A stretch of 64,000 bases of DNA from Psammoneis japonica. Its lineage: Eukaryota. The stretch covers positions 62,001 through 126,000 of the forward strand of contig QPGO01000069.1 in NCBI GenBank assembly GCA_008632985.1. The letters run 5' to 3'. Shown here piece by piece: positions 23,108-34,483 of the stretch. Both the position numbers and the translations under genes were made by a program. Each line of letters begins with the position of its first letter. Within the stretch, counting starts at the first letter, position 1. The notes beneath the pieces were generated by a model. That model ran no database searches. It saw only the letters and a program-made list of their open reading frames with translations, and was not told the origin of the DNA.

Positions 23108-24725
23108 ATGGCTCTACCACCTACAAATTCTCGTACCTTCAATGAATTGAACTCTGTGGATGCCCCGGGTTACTTGGCGACCGACCATCCGTTGTATGAG
23201 CGAAAACCTGTCACGGATCTATGGAATAAATTGACAAACACGGCGGAACTGCAACTAAAGTGGAACGGCGTTGTGAATAAACGAGATGTGATTTGGCTTG
23301 GTCGAAAATCCCGTCTGCTGCAAATTAGCGGCCCACCCGGAAGCGGCAAGAGTAGTTCTGTCTACGCATGGGCACACAGAACATGCCGATCAAGTGGCTA
23401 CTCTGTTGCATGGATTGATGTTGCGAACAAGACAGCCGATAGTCGCTGTTGGTTATGAAACGCGGCGATAATCAGGCTGTCGAAATAGAGAGGGTAGCCC
23501 CGATCAAGTTGAGGCTTCGATTGTTATCCTCGACGGCTTGAGATCAGAAACGATTGGTGACTGGGAGAGGTATGCGAAGGACCTTTGTGAGACAGGTGTA
23601 GCGACGTTTCTCGTGTCGTCGGAAGGTGTTCGACTCCATGGAGGTAATATGAATAATATTGCGGGACTTCAATATCGCTTTCCGTCGTGGACAATGACAG
23701 AATATCAGCATGCTTGTCGAATCGATGCCATCTGGAGGAGCATTGCTTCCGACGCCTTTGGAGAAGGACGTATCGAGGACGGCCCTGCAGCAAGAGATGT
23801 AGCGCTGGAGAAAAAGTACCATTTAGCAGGCCACAGTGTGCGGTTCATGCTTAGCAGTAATACTTCGGCCGTCACAACAATTCTGCGCGAATCTAGCGAG
23901 GCGCTTGATACTCTCACGAGTTTACGTCAAGCGTTGATTCGCCGTCGGAATAGGCGAGCCGTCAACACATTGATGGCATGGCTGTACAAAAATGGTCCGA
24001 CGCCTAATTACACAGCCAGATTCCTGGACGGAGTCGTTCCGGCGGCAACGAACAAAGATGAGCTCAGAGTCGTAGATCAAGAATATCAGAACATTCCCGA
24101 CTCCGAAGATGAAAACCGTCTCGTCAGCTCCTTTGCTGCAAAACAAATTATCGAGAATATTGAAACAAATGTGACTGTTCTCAGAACAGCCGGAAGAACG
24201 CTGGGCGTTCGAGTAGTGGAAGGATATGCCTTGGAGGCAAGCTTCTCAAAATCTTTACGAGATGCGGTCGGTGGGACTCGTTCCTTCACAGTATATGGCG
24301 CGGAAGGAAAGGGGGAGCAATGGAGTGCAGCATATTTGCGTAACACAGACAACGTCCTAGACGCCATTGTCGCAAACCATAACATTGGTTCGTGGATCTG
24401 GATTGGAAAGAACCAAGCTGGGTTTGATGCTGTGCACATTTATGACGCGAGAAAGATCCGTTTTGTCCAAGTGACTGCCGGAAAGAAGCACGATTATCTG
24501 TTTTCTGCAATTCAGAGTCTGCTTGCAGTGCTCGCATCGCAGGACATTACTTTTACTCATGTTGACTTCGTTGTAGTCAGACCCTTAGACGACGATCGTG
24601 ACTTCTCTAAAGGCGAAGTAACTGGGAGGCTTGATCAGGGATGGAAGGATTTCTCTGGTAATTTGTGGAATACGAGAGATCCATCTCTAAATACACGTAT
24701 ATTGAAAATTGATTGGTCCATTTAA
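23108..24725 (+). CDS. Crinkler/RHS-type P-loop NTPase + C-terminal PD-(D/E)XK-like nuclease; apparent frameshifts at ~23455 and ~23500; true start uncertain
   Basis: Walker A ISGPPGSGKSS, Walker B IVILDG (after frame correction), FPSWT..EY..AC, KYHLAGHSVRFM, GYALEA.F and nuclease-like NQAGFDAV...RFVQVT.GKKH. Confidence 0.65.
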
Positions 24726-25121
24726 AGTTTTTTCTGTTCCATGCGCATGGAACATTTGGCATTGTATTGGGAGTTTGTTCATGGCAACAGTCAGAGTTTG
24801 TGCACGAGCTTTCCTCTGCATTTTATACATGATGAGTACAGCTGTGGATGAGATGGGATTTATGAAGACCCTGGGTGCTCAATTGGCATATTATATTAGT
24901 GGCTATTTGGGTTACCGTTCACACCCTGCTGATCGTAATCAAGGCAGCAGCCAAACGTTCGCGCGCTGTTTCTGGCGCACTGTAGATTTTAGTGCGAATT
25001 CTACTCTGAACTCTAGGATTCAGCTTGGCCGAACCACACTTTCAATCGTCCATATTTTCATCAAAAAGAGGAGCATCACAATGAAAAAGAAGATTCAAAC
25101 TGTCACAAGTGCCTGCGGGGG

Positions 25122-25262
25122 AGGTCAAAGTGCAATTTTGAAATTTTGAAACTCATGGCGCAAGATGAACACACCTTTGCACCAAATCAGAAAATGCAAC
25201 ATGTTGGTCATTTTTAGACAATGGCATCTTCGGACACGGGGGTCGAAATTGCACTTTGATCT
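25122..25262. repeat. Short inverted repeat pair (~20 bp arms)
   Basis: AGGTCAAAGTGCAATTTTGA (~25122-25141) versus TCGAAATTGCACTTTGATCT (~25243-25262; reverse complement AGATCAAAGTGCAATTTCGA). Confidence 0.7.
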
Positions 25263-27679
25263 GCTCTTGTGATCTTTAGATGATGCATGATTTCCTGGGT
25301 CTTACGAAGGGACATCATCATCCATCACCTGTGAGTCATGTTCCGCTTCTACAGTCCCGGGAATCTGTTCAAGAATTTCTGCGGGATTCACCGAACCACA
25401 CATGGAATTGTTGTCGCCAGTCAGTTTTGGTTGTGCCTGAGCACCTTGATTTTGTGCATTTTCTACACAACCTTGTCTGGTGGCATCAATTTGTGCATCC
25501 CCGTTTGAGTCCTGTGTGGAAAGATCCAACATGTTGCTGCTGCCTTGAGGTCATCTTGCACCTGTGCTTCTTTCTGTCACTGGGGTTGGATTTGTCACAA
25601 GTGGTGGAATGAACATTGACAGGTTTGTTTTGCTTGAAGGGGTTGAGGGACAAGACAGGAAAAGAGAGTGTGCCATGCTGAAGATGACAGCAGCACAAAA
25701 GTTTGCTTGGGACCACTTTGTTGCACATTTTTTGGCTTGTGTGCACTGCATTGCACACATGTTTAGAAACACAAAGGACAAGAACCCGCTTCTCTGCGGC
25801 TTTACAAGCTTCACAAAGGTTCATGTCAGAGCACTCAATTGAGCTCCAATTTGATTTTCACAAAGAGCAACTGTGTCACAAATGACTTGAACTGGGGACA
25901 ATGATTCTGTCACACAGCTTTTCATGGCTTTCCAAATGTCATCAGGAGGCTGAATGTGTTGAGTCCTGGTGTTGGAATGAGTCATTCTGGTGGGGTTGTG
26001 AAATTTTTTCCATTGTTTTAGAGCAACTTCTTTTGCAGCACAAGGCCATGGCAAAACAAGAAGTTTGCTGCAGACCGTCACGTGGTGTTGTCATCACATG
26101 GTTTGGCCACTGTCTCAAATTGGTTTCAAAGCTTGGCAGTCTTCCTTGTGGTCTTGGCCCAGCAGGCTCCTCCTGTGACCAGCAAAAAAGCCATTGTTTG
26201 GGTGCTTGCTGCACAGATTTGTCTGTTCTGCAACATCCATTGTGAGTTTGTGTGGAGCTGCCCAGCTGGTTTGGTGTCAGGTCCTGGTGTGTTCTGCAAC
26301 ATCCGCTGCGAGGTTGTGGAGTTGCCCAGCTGGTTCGTCAGGTCCTTGTGTGACATGCCTTGGCTCAGACAAGCCCCCGGACCCCAGCCCAGTGGTGATC
26401 AGCTTCCACTCACCCAATCAAATGGTCCTCATCAACCTGACGCTGCCAGCGCACATCACAAACTTGTCGCAGGTTGGTGTTGCAGCGGGCTTCATGCTGG
26501 TGTGAGTGGTGCAGGGAGAAAGTTGAAGCTGCCAACCCCTGCTGGCAGCTGCCATGCAGCATGGCATCTGTTTTGTGGTGCACAGGTGATCTTCTCAGCA
26601 GTTTTGGACATGGCCAAGGGGCTTGCAGGTGCAGCGCACACCCCCTGGCATGCATGTGTGCATTTGCAAAGTTGCGCAAACCAAACAAATGAACTTGTTG
26701 TGATGCTTGAAGTTTTGCCAACAGCATTGTTTGTCATTCTTGACACAAACAACCAAGGAAAACACTGACGCCATTTTGTGTGTGGCAGAAATGTGCAGGC
26801 ATTTCATGCTGTGGCTGTGCTTGGCACAAAACAATGACGGCATCAACAGCACCTGCTGCGTTGAGGACAGGAAGAACAGCATCATGCGCGCCAGTGGACC
26901 AGAGTGCAGGGGTGGTGCTGGCATTCCCGGTGGCATCTGTGGGAGGCAGTGGAGCATGGGGGGAAAAGTGTGTGTTTGCAGCATCAGTTGTGGATGTTGT
27001 GGGCACAAGACAATGACAGTGACAACAGAGTCTGTTGCGCTGAGGGCATGAGTGACAGCATTGGGCACGCCAGTTGAAAGAAACACAGGGACAGCACTGG
27101 CATCTTTGACAGTGTCTGTGGGAGGCAGTGGAGCATGGAAACAACAGCGTCAGTTTGTGGCATCTTGCTTTGCATGTGTCAGGCTGTTCAGAACAGAAGC
27201 GATGACATTGCCTGTTGCATCAGTGTTGTTTGTGACAGTGTTGGCAGGAACGGTGTCCTGGGAAAACATTGGAAAAGAATTGTGAGGCATCATCATGGTC
27301 GATCTGATGTGATGGGTGCTTTTTTCATGGCTGCAAGAAAGGTCAAAAAGTGTCTTTATTTGGGGTTGGTTCCAGGCAACTTGAGATTTAGGGGAGAACA
27401 TGGTTCAGGATTTTTCCTGTTGCCATTGGCATTTGTGCACAAATGCAAAATTCTCAGTGATGTGACGACACAAAAAAAAATTCATGACATGAACATTGCA
27501 TCGCCATGACATCAACACCATGTTCTCCACATGCAAAGAGGTGTCTTAAGAACAGACCTTTTTTGGTGGAAGATGTGCAGACAAAAATCACTGTTTGTGT
27601 GATGGCACCAACTGTTTTTCTGTTTTTTTTTTCAACACTGTCATCGCACATTGTCGAGGTGCAGTTGCTGAAGTCCTGA

Positions 27680-28449
27680 GACCCTGTCCAAACTGGACCA
27701 TGCCCACATGCATGCCTGATGTCATGGAGCCAAAAATGAGCCTCTTTGAAAAAGTCCGTGGTTGTTGGCCCTGTGCATGACATGATTTGGGCCGTGCATG
27801 CTTTGGTGAGGAAGGCTCCTTGAAAACATCATGCCCCAAACACCATGCCCCCCAAGTTGACACACGAGATGACCCAGAAGTGGCTTTTTAGATGCAACAA
27901 AAGTGCACATGGCTGCATCTTGTCCCCCCAGAACAACCCACAAACCTTCTGACACATGAAGCACTTGCTGTGTTTGGGGCACTTCATGCGCCATTCTTGT
28001 CTCATCATGATGCAGCATCTTTCCTGAACATTCTCTCAATCAATCCATGGCAGACACTCCTCATGCAGCAAAGTTGTTCACACATGAGTTGTGCACAAGT
28101 TTAACGCTGTGATTGATTTTCATCATTTGCTTGGCTTGTTGTCACCTTGCAGCTGTGTTCTCATCATCATGGTGGCACTGCTCTCATTGTGTGTTTTTTT
28201 GTTCTGTTTCATTCCAGCTTCATTGATGCAGCTGGCTTGGCACCCTGCTTGAATGATCAGCCTGCATCAGTGACAAAATGTGTGAAGTTGGGTTTGCACT
28301 GTGTGTTTGTGTGTGGATGAAGTGGGGACATGCGCAAAAGTGTGTGATGCAGTTTGGAAAGCACTGCACATGTGTGACCCTGTGATGTCTGAAAAAAGGC
28401 TTTGCAATGTCAGGCATGCACATGGGTGTGGTCCAGTTTGGACAGGGTC
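27680..28449. mobile_element. Non-autonomous TIR element (PIF/Harbinger/Tourist-like MITE), ~770 bp
   Basis: Terminal inverted repeats of ~45 bp begin GACCCTGTCCAAACTGGACCA at both ends. The flanks TGA (27677-27679) and CAA (28450-28452) can both derive from a TAA target-site duplication. Confidence 0.7.
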
Positions 28450-28673
28450 CAATGTTCTCTGAGCAGCCCCACAGGAATCCACGGGCTTCCACCACTGGTG
28501 CCCATGCCCCCAAACAGGCCAGAGACATTTTGCCATCTGAGTTTTGGGAAACACAGTGTTTCATTTGATGCAGCAGGCTTTCTTTGAAGCTGCATTGCTG
28601 GATCCTCTGTCTTGTGTTTGAAGGTTCCAAATGCTTTTGTTGCATCTTTTTCAATGAAGGTGCTGACATTCAA

Positions 28674-28674
<1 letters not shown>

Positions 28675-28706
<32 letters not shown>

Positions 28707-28707
28707 C
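28675..28707. repeat. (AAC)n microsatellite
   Basis: About 11 perfect AAC units. Confidence 0.95.
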
Positions 28708-29083
28708 CATGAGCAGTGCCAAAAGTGCTGATCCTTCCATGGGCTTAAAGTGAGTTGTCATGTGCCATGCTGCAGTCAGCATCAAGTGCAGTTGGCAGTC
28801 AATGTGTGCCACTTGCAAGCTTGTTTTTCCTTGCTGTTGTTTCTTCTTCACACTTGCATCCTTGCACAGCAGCATGGATCTCGTCATTGACAGCCAGCTC
28901 CATGAGTGAGGAGAGTCCCTTTGACAAGGCCATGCGTGCCAATCTGCATGAAGGCAACATTGTCTGTGCACAGGGTGAGTGCATGTGGCTTCACATTCAT
29001 TTGATTCATCCCTTGATTCAATCCATGTCCTCCACCTGCACTGCTGACATGACCATTCCAACTCATTCATTGGGTCAAATCAG

Positions 29084-29456
29084 NNNNNNNNNNNNNNNNN
29101 NNNNNNNNNNNNNNNNNNNNNNNNNNNNNNNNNNNNNNNNNNNNNNNNNNNNNNNNNNNNNNNNNNNNNNNNNNNNNNNNNNNNNNNNNNNNNNNNNNNN
29201 NNNNNNNNNNNNNNNNNNNNNNNNNNNNNNNNNNNNNNNNNNNNNNNNNNNNNNNNNNNNNNNNNNNNNNNNNNNNNNNNNNNNNNNNNNNNNNNNNNNN
29301 NNNNNNNNNNNNNNNNNNNNNNNNNNNNNNNNNNNNNNNNNNNNNNNNNNNNNNNNNNNNNNNNNNNNNNNNNNNNNNNNNNNNNNNNNNNNNNNNNNNN
29401 NNNNNNNNNNNNNNNNNNNNNNNNNNNNNNNNNNNNNNNNNNNNNNNNNNNNNNNN
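29084..29456. other. Assembly gap (N run)
   Basis: Run of Ns. Confidence 1.
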
Positions 29457-30026
29457 TCAGATCCATTCTCACCACTGAGGGATGGGAAGATTGCAAGAAA
29501 TCAGCACGCATGCCAAATGCCAAGGTTCAAAAGCAATTGAGGCATTGAGCAATTGAGGCATTGTGCACCCAAGGTGCATGAAGCAGCCTTTGTCTTGCTC
29601 ACCTTTGCTCAGCAGGACATGTTTGGTGACAAGCAACTGGCTGGACTCACAGAGCACACACGCTGGCTCTTTCTGTCTCTCAAGAGAATCTGCAGCATGT
29701 GTGTGCCCAAGCCAGAGCATTTGCCAGAACTTCATGAAACCCTTGATGACGCTGATGCCACATTTGCTGGGAGCTGCTGAGCAAGGTCATTTTGGATTAG
29801 AGCTTCCCTGGGACATGACGCTTCTTTGTTTTTTTGTGTGCAGCCACAGCACCTGGCCACTGTGGCTGCTTCTGCCAGCATGAAGTTGCTCCCAGCCAGG
29901 CCACTGGCAGGTTGCTCCTGCTGGTGGCTTGAGATGATCACACATCACAGCAGTTGCCAGGCCCCAGCTGCAGAAACCCAAGCAACAGATGGCGCTGAGC
30001 AGGGACATTGGCACGGAAGAAGATTG

Positions 30027-30490
30027 CACTTGGGGTGTGTTTTGACTGATCGCTCGTTGTCATCCCTTTGTGCTGTGGTGGTGTCAATTCACTCTCAAGA
30101 GCCAGAGAAATGCAATGCAGGCACAACTCTGTTCCAATCAATGATGTCATGCATGCACATTTCACCAGTTCCCAAAATCTCTCTGCCACACATTGTGGCA
30201 CCCCAGCACCACTCCCCTGTCACTCAATTTTTTGCTCTTTCCTTTTCTCCAAAAATGCAATCAAGGCAATGGCATTGAAGAATGTCTCACTTGGGGTGTG
30301 ACATGACTGATTCCTTTGCTTGGTGGTGTCTTTTTGTCCTGGCATCAGTTCACACCCAAGAGCTGGAGAAATGCACTGCAGGTGCAAACACACTTTGATC
30401 CATGATGTCGTGTGTGCTCATTTTACCTTGTCAACAAATCTCTCTGCCAAAGATTGTGGTGCCTCAAGAACAGCACTCCCCTCTCATCCA
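30027..30490. repeat. Diverged ~260 bp tandem duplication inside the TE block
   Basis: CACTTGGGGTGTG...TGACTGAT...CAAGAGC..GAGAAATGCA.TGCAGG...ATGATGTC...AAATCTCTCTGCCA...CACTCCCCT at ~30027 and ~30288. Confidence 0.8.
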
Positions 30491-31397
30491 AGTTTGTTCC
30501 ATGTCATTGTCACTGTCACTGTCTTGAGTCAATGTGCCTGAAAAAGTCCTTTGGCATCACTGGCGCCACAATGACCCCAAATTGAAAGTCTTGCTTGTGG
30601 CTCCCACAAACTTTCTTGTGAATCTTGTCAGCCTCGTGTGCCAGGATGGGTGTGGATTTCACTGCTTGACAAACACAAATCAACAAGGTGGCAATGTTTT
30701 GAGTGGCCTCGTCCTGCTCCTGTGTTTGCAGGATGCCAACAGCAGCAGGGTTGGTGTTGTCTTCAGTCTCATGCTCCACTTCTTTTTCTGATTTCTTCTT
30801 TTTCAGTTCTTGCTTGTGCACTTGCAATTGCTTCTGGCTGGGCTTCCTTCCACAGATGCTTTTCCTCATCCAACACCACCAGTTCCACCATGCTGAGACT
30901 CAATCCCTCCTGCCTGGTGGCACAATTCAGCTCATGCAGCTGCTTGGTTCTGAGCAGACACTGTTGCTTTTGCTTCTCCTTTTTCTTGAAACAATGCTTG
31001 GCTGCTTCTTGTTTTTCCAATTGCTTTTGTTCTTCAAGTTGTCTCTCTGCATGACAGTCTCATGCTCGAGACACATGTCTCTTGCACTTGCTGAGCACCT
31101 GCCACCATGGCTTGATGAGCAGAAACTCAACATGGGCTGCCTCAACAGCCTTGGTCTTGCCTTTGTTGTCAGCAGAATTCCACTGCAGCTTGGCTTGAAG
31201 CTGTTTGAGTGCCTGCACATGATGAGACCAAGCCACCGTGGCAAGCACACTTGTCCCAACAACAACAAAGAACTGTTCCAACCATCCAATTGATTTTGTG
31301 TTTGTCAACATCATCTTGAAAAGTGTCCTTGCACAATGCTTGGACTGGAGCCTTGGATGGAACCTTGGCTTCAATGGGGCATTCTACAAGTGGTCGT

Positions 31398-31423
31398 GCA
31401 GCAGCAGCAGCAGCAGCAGCAGC
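31398..31423. repeat. (GCA)n microsatellite
   Basis: About 8-9 GCA units. Confidence 0.9.
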
Positions 31424-32294
31424 AAGCAGTGGGCAGTGCAGATGTTTTGGGATGCTTTTTGAGAGTTGACATGGGTGACTGCAACTGCAGCAACATCAAG
31501 GAAATTGGATGCTTCCTCAACAGTGTGCGAGTTGCAAAAAAAAACATTGCAATGTCAGCAGTGTGAGCCAGGGCATCATTGTCATTGTGGCTGACTCTGA
31601 TGTTTTGTGGCTTGTTTTTGCCTGAAGTGCCAATGCCACCACAGTCAATGGCCCATCAGTCATCTGCCAAAAAAGGTCCATGGAAGTGACATGCAAGCAA
31701 TGGAGGATGATGCAAAGCAGGTGTCCCTGATGGAGGTGTGCCAATTTTTCCACGACCACTGGCCATTGGACAAAGTGAGAGCCAGCTGGTTCTAACAGCA
31801 TTGTTGGTCACTTCAGGGGAAAATCAGAAGGTGTCCTAATCTCCCGCGCAAGTTTCTTACATTGGGTGTCCAGTGAAAGCTTGGTGGGGCTGATGAAGTT
31901 CCACCAACTTTTAAAAGTGAACGCTTGTTGTGATGTCTGAGCTCAAAGTCATTTTGATGTGAGAGTGGTGCATTGTAGAATCTTTTTTTGAGCAATGGCA
32001 TTGCCCTTGAAGGGAATCCTTGTTGTGATGTCTTCACCAAAAGTCATTTTGACCTGAGAATGACCATGCACAGAACCTTCCTTTAAGCAATGTGTTTTGT
32101 CACTTGACAAACCAACAAAACTTCCTTGAGCAAAAAAGCCCAATGAAGGGATTGTGTGAACCTGCTCAGTGGCACACAAGTCATGGATTTGTGTGGAGCG
32201 CATGTGTGTGATGTTCAAATTGTTGTGTTCCTGAGATGTGCGTGCAAACAACTTGAGCCTTCTCATTGTTGGAGTTGTGGATGTCAATCATCTG

Positions 32295-32625
32295 TTGTTT
32301 TAAAGTTGTCCCAAGATCTGCTGGCTCAGGCATCAAGCCAGCTTCATTGCCACTTTGGTGGTTCAGGACTGCAGTCACCCTGAGCTCTTGCCTCTGAGTG
32401 TGGTCCATTGTGAAAACTGGTCAAAAACAACTGCAAAACATGCTCTGGTTGTTGGAGTCACTGTCTTGCTTTTGGATTGCAAAGCATTGCAAGTTTGGTC
32501 TCTTGTTCTAAAGTTGTCCCAAGAGCTGCTGGCTTGGCATCAGGCCAGCTTCTTCATTGGCACTTCTCAGTGGTTTTTGCTGCAGTCATGCTGAGTTGTT
32601 GCCTTTGAGTGAAGTCCATTGCCAA
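32295..32625. repeat. Diverged direct repeat (~115 bp, ~210 bp spacing)
   Basis: AAAGTTGTCCCAAGA.CTGCTGGCT..GGCATCA.GCCAGCTTC...CTGCAGTCA..CTGAG...GTCCATTG at ~32302 and ~32510. Confidence 0.8.
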
Positions 32626-34269
32626 GCTGGTCAGAGACAACAGCAAGACTTCAAACAGTTTCAAAAATGGGGCTTGGCACTCCATGACTTGGCGATGCTC
32701 CACCTCCTCAATTTCCGTCAGAACAAGAATGACCAGATTTGGTGATTCAAGAAAACAAAGGCACCACTCAAGTTCAAACCCAAGGACATCAAGCAACATG
32801 GATTTCTCTTGAAAAAGCAGAAGATGGGGTCTGTTGTGACACTGGAGGCAGCAGGAGCAAGGACTTGTTTTTGTCAAGACATGGACAAATGAACCGCACA
32901 GCTAAAATCCTCATTCTCATCATGGGAAGCTTGACAAAGTGGCAAAAGAACAAGGTGTTTGTGTTGCCAGAGCAAAAGAGATGTGTGTCTGCCCCAGCAG
33001 TTTAGTGTGCAATGACCATGAAAACAATTTTTGGCACAATTGTTTCGCACCCCCCATTTGTCCAAGCTGGCATGAAGGATGTGGTTGACAACATGTTGAA
33101 GAAGTCTCATTTGGAAGATGCTGGTCATGGTCGATGAGGCAGTGTGCTGCTGCGCAAATGGCAAACATGCTTTGCAAAACACATGGTCAAGTGAAGATGG
33201 AGCAACAGAACCTCAGGTCAAAAGGGGCTCATTGGGCAGAAGCAGCACATGGAAAATGATGTGTTGCATGTCTGACATGCTTTGCAATTGAGCAAGAGAG
33301 CTGCTGCTCCCGGATGAGATGAGGTGCCATTTGCTGTGGACAAACAGTGGTCACTGAGTCCACACACAAACACATGGCAAATCCAGGGTTGTTGCAGGAA
33401 AAATCTGCAGATGACAACAACCTTGATCCTGATCCCCAGTTGTGCCCACTGATCAAGGTTGTTGGTGTGTGACCAACACAGGTTGACATGTTGTCTTTCA
33501 TTGACATCAACAAGCACCAGCACACAAATCCTGTTTCATCTCTGGGAAAATCGGTGTCTTTGGGATGTCATGGAAAGTGTCTCAAGTTGAGCTCTGTCTC
33601 AAGTTGAGCTCTGGGTGCACACCATGGGTGCCATTGCCAACAGCTGCTTCTTTGGTGCCTTGTGCACTGCTGCACTGGCTTGTCAAAGAACCAAATGACA
33701 TGTGACCAACAAAATGTTGCACCACACCTGTTGGCTCAAACTTGTGCCACTTTCAACTTTCAACTCCCGAGCTGGGGTGCCAATCTGGAAAACAACTTGT
33801 GGAGCATTCAAGTGAAGTGCAAAAAGAGCAAAAAGTTGATTCCCCGGTCAATTTTCCATGTCAGCTGAACTCAATTTCACTGCAGTCTCTCCAAACAAAT
33901 TGCAGCCACTAGATGGATGCACAGCCAACAATGGTGAGGCAGATTTTGTTGGTGGAGTGCATGGAGCTGGCCCTCCCTTTGGCAACATTGCTGCCAGAGC
34001 ATTGGGTTGAGGGTCAACAATCCCTGCCAGCTGCCAAGGAAAATGACCAGGCAAGGATCAGCAGCTGCACCTGGAAGATCTTAAAATTCACCTGTGCCCA
34101 ACAACTTTGCTTCCCCACATTCTTTCACATTCATGACGTGATGTCTGGCCATCTTAACTTTAATCTGCATCTTCATTCACGTTTGTCCCTTCCTTTTTTC
34201 CATCATCCACCATCGCATCCACTGCCCCCCCTCCTCTTTCCCTCCACACATCTGAGAGACCGCGCCCTC

Positions 34270-34480
34270 TATCTCGACGCCAGACCTGCTGTACTCTACT
34301 TCTACTCTACTAGCAGGCCTACCTACCAGGCCAGGCCAGGCCAGGCCAGGCCAGGCATTCGACTCACTCATACAGTACGTTCTAGCTAGAATCATCCCTG
34401 TTCTAGCTACTAGAGTAGAGAGAGAATGCCTTAGCTATTGTTGTTCACTCTAGAGCTCCAAAATTCATTTATCTAGAGAA
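34270..34480. repeat. CTAC/TAGAG low-complexity tract with (CCAGG)n array
   Basis: CTCTACTTCTACTCTACTAG, about six CCAGG units at ~34326-34355, and CTAGCTACTAGAGTAGAGAGAG. Confidence 0.8.
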
Positions 34481-34483
34481 TTA

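Larger units (their letters stand above)
25030..34150. mobile_element. Large block of nested decayed TE relics, TpA/CpG-depleted
   Basis: About 9 kb with rare TA, TG/CA excess, internal direct and inverted repeats, an assembly gap and only Tyr-free spurious ORFs. Confidence 0.7.

Noticed and set aside
25280..34100. Dozens of overlapping 60-260 aa ORFs rich in C/H/Q/M (also at 21-22, 50-54.5 and 61-63 kb)
   Set aside because: They are an artefact of TpA depletion removing TAA/TAG stops. They contain no Tyr and no recognisable domains, and occur in all six frames.
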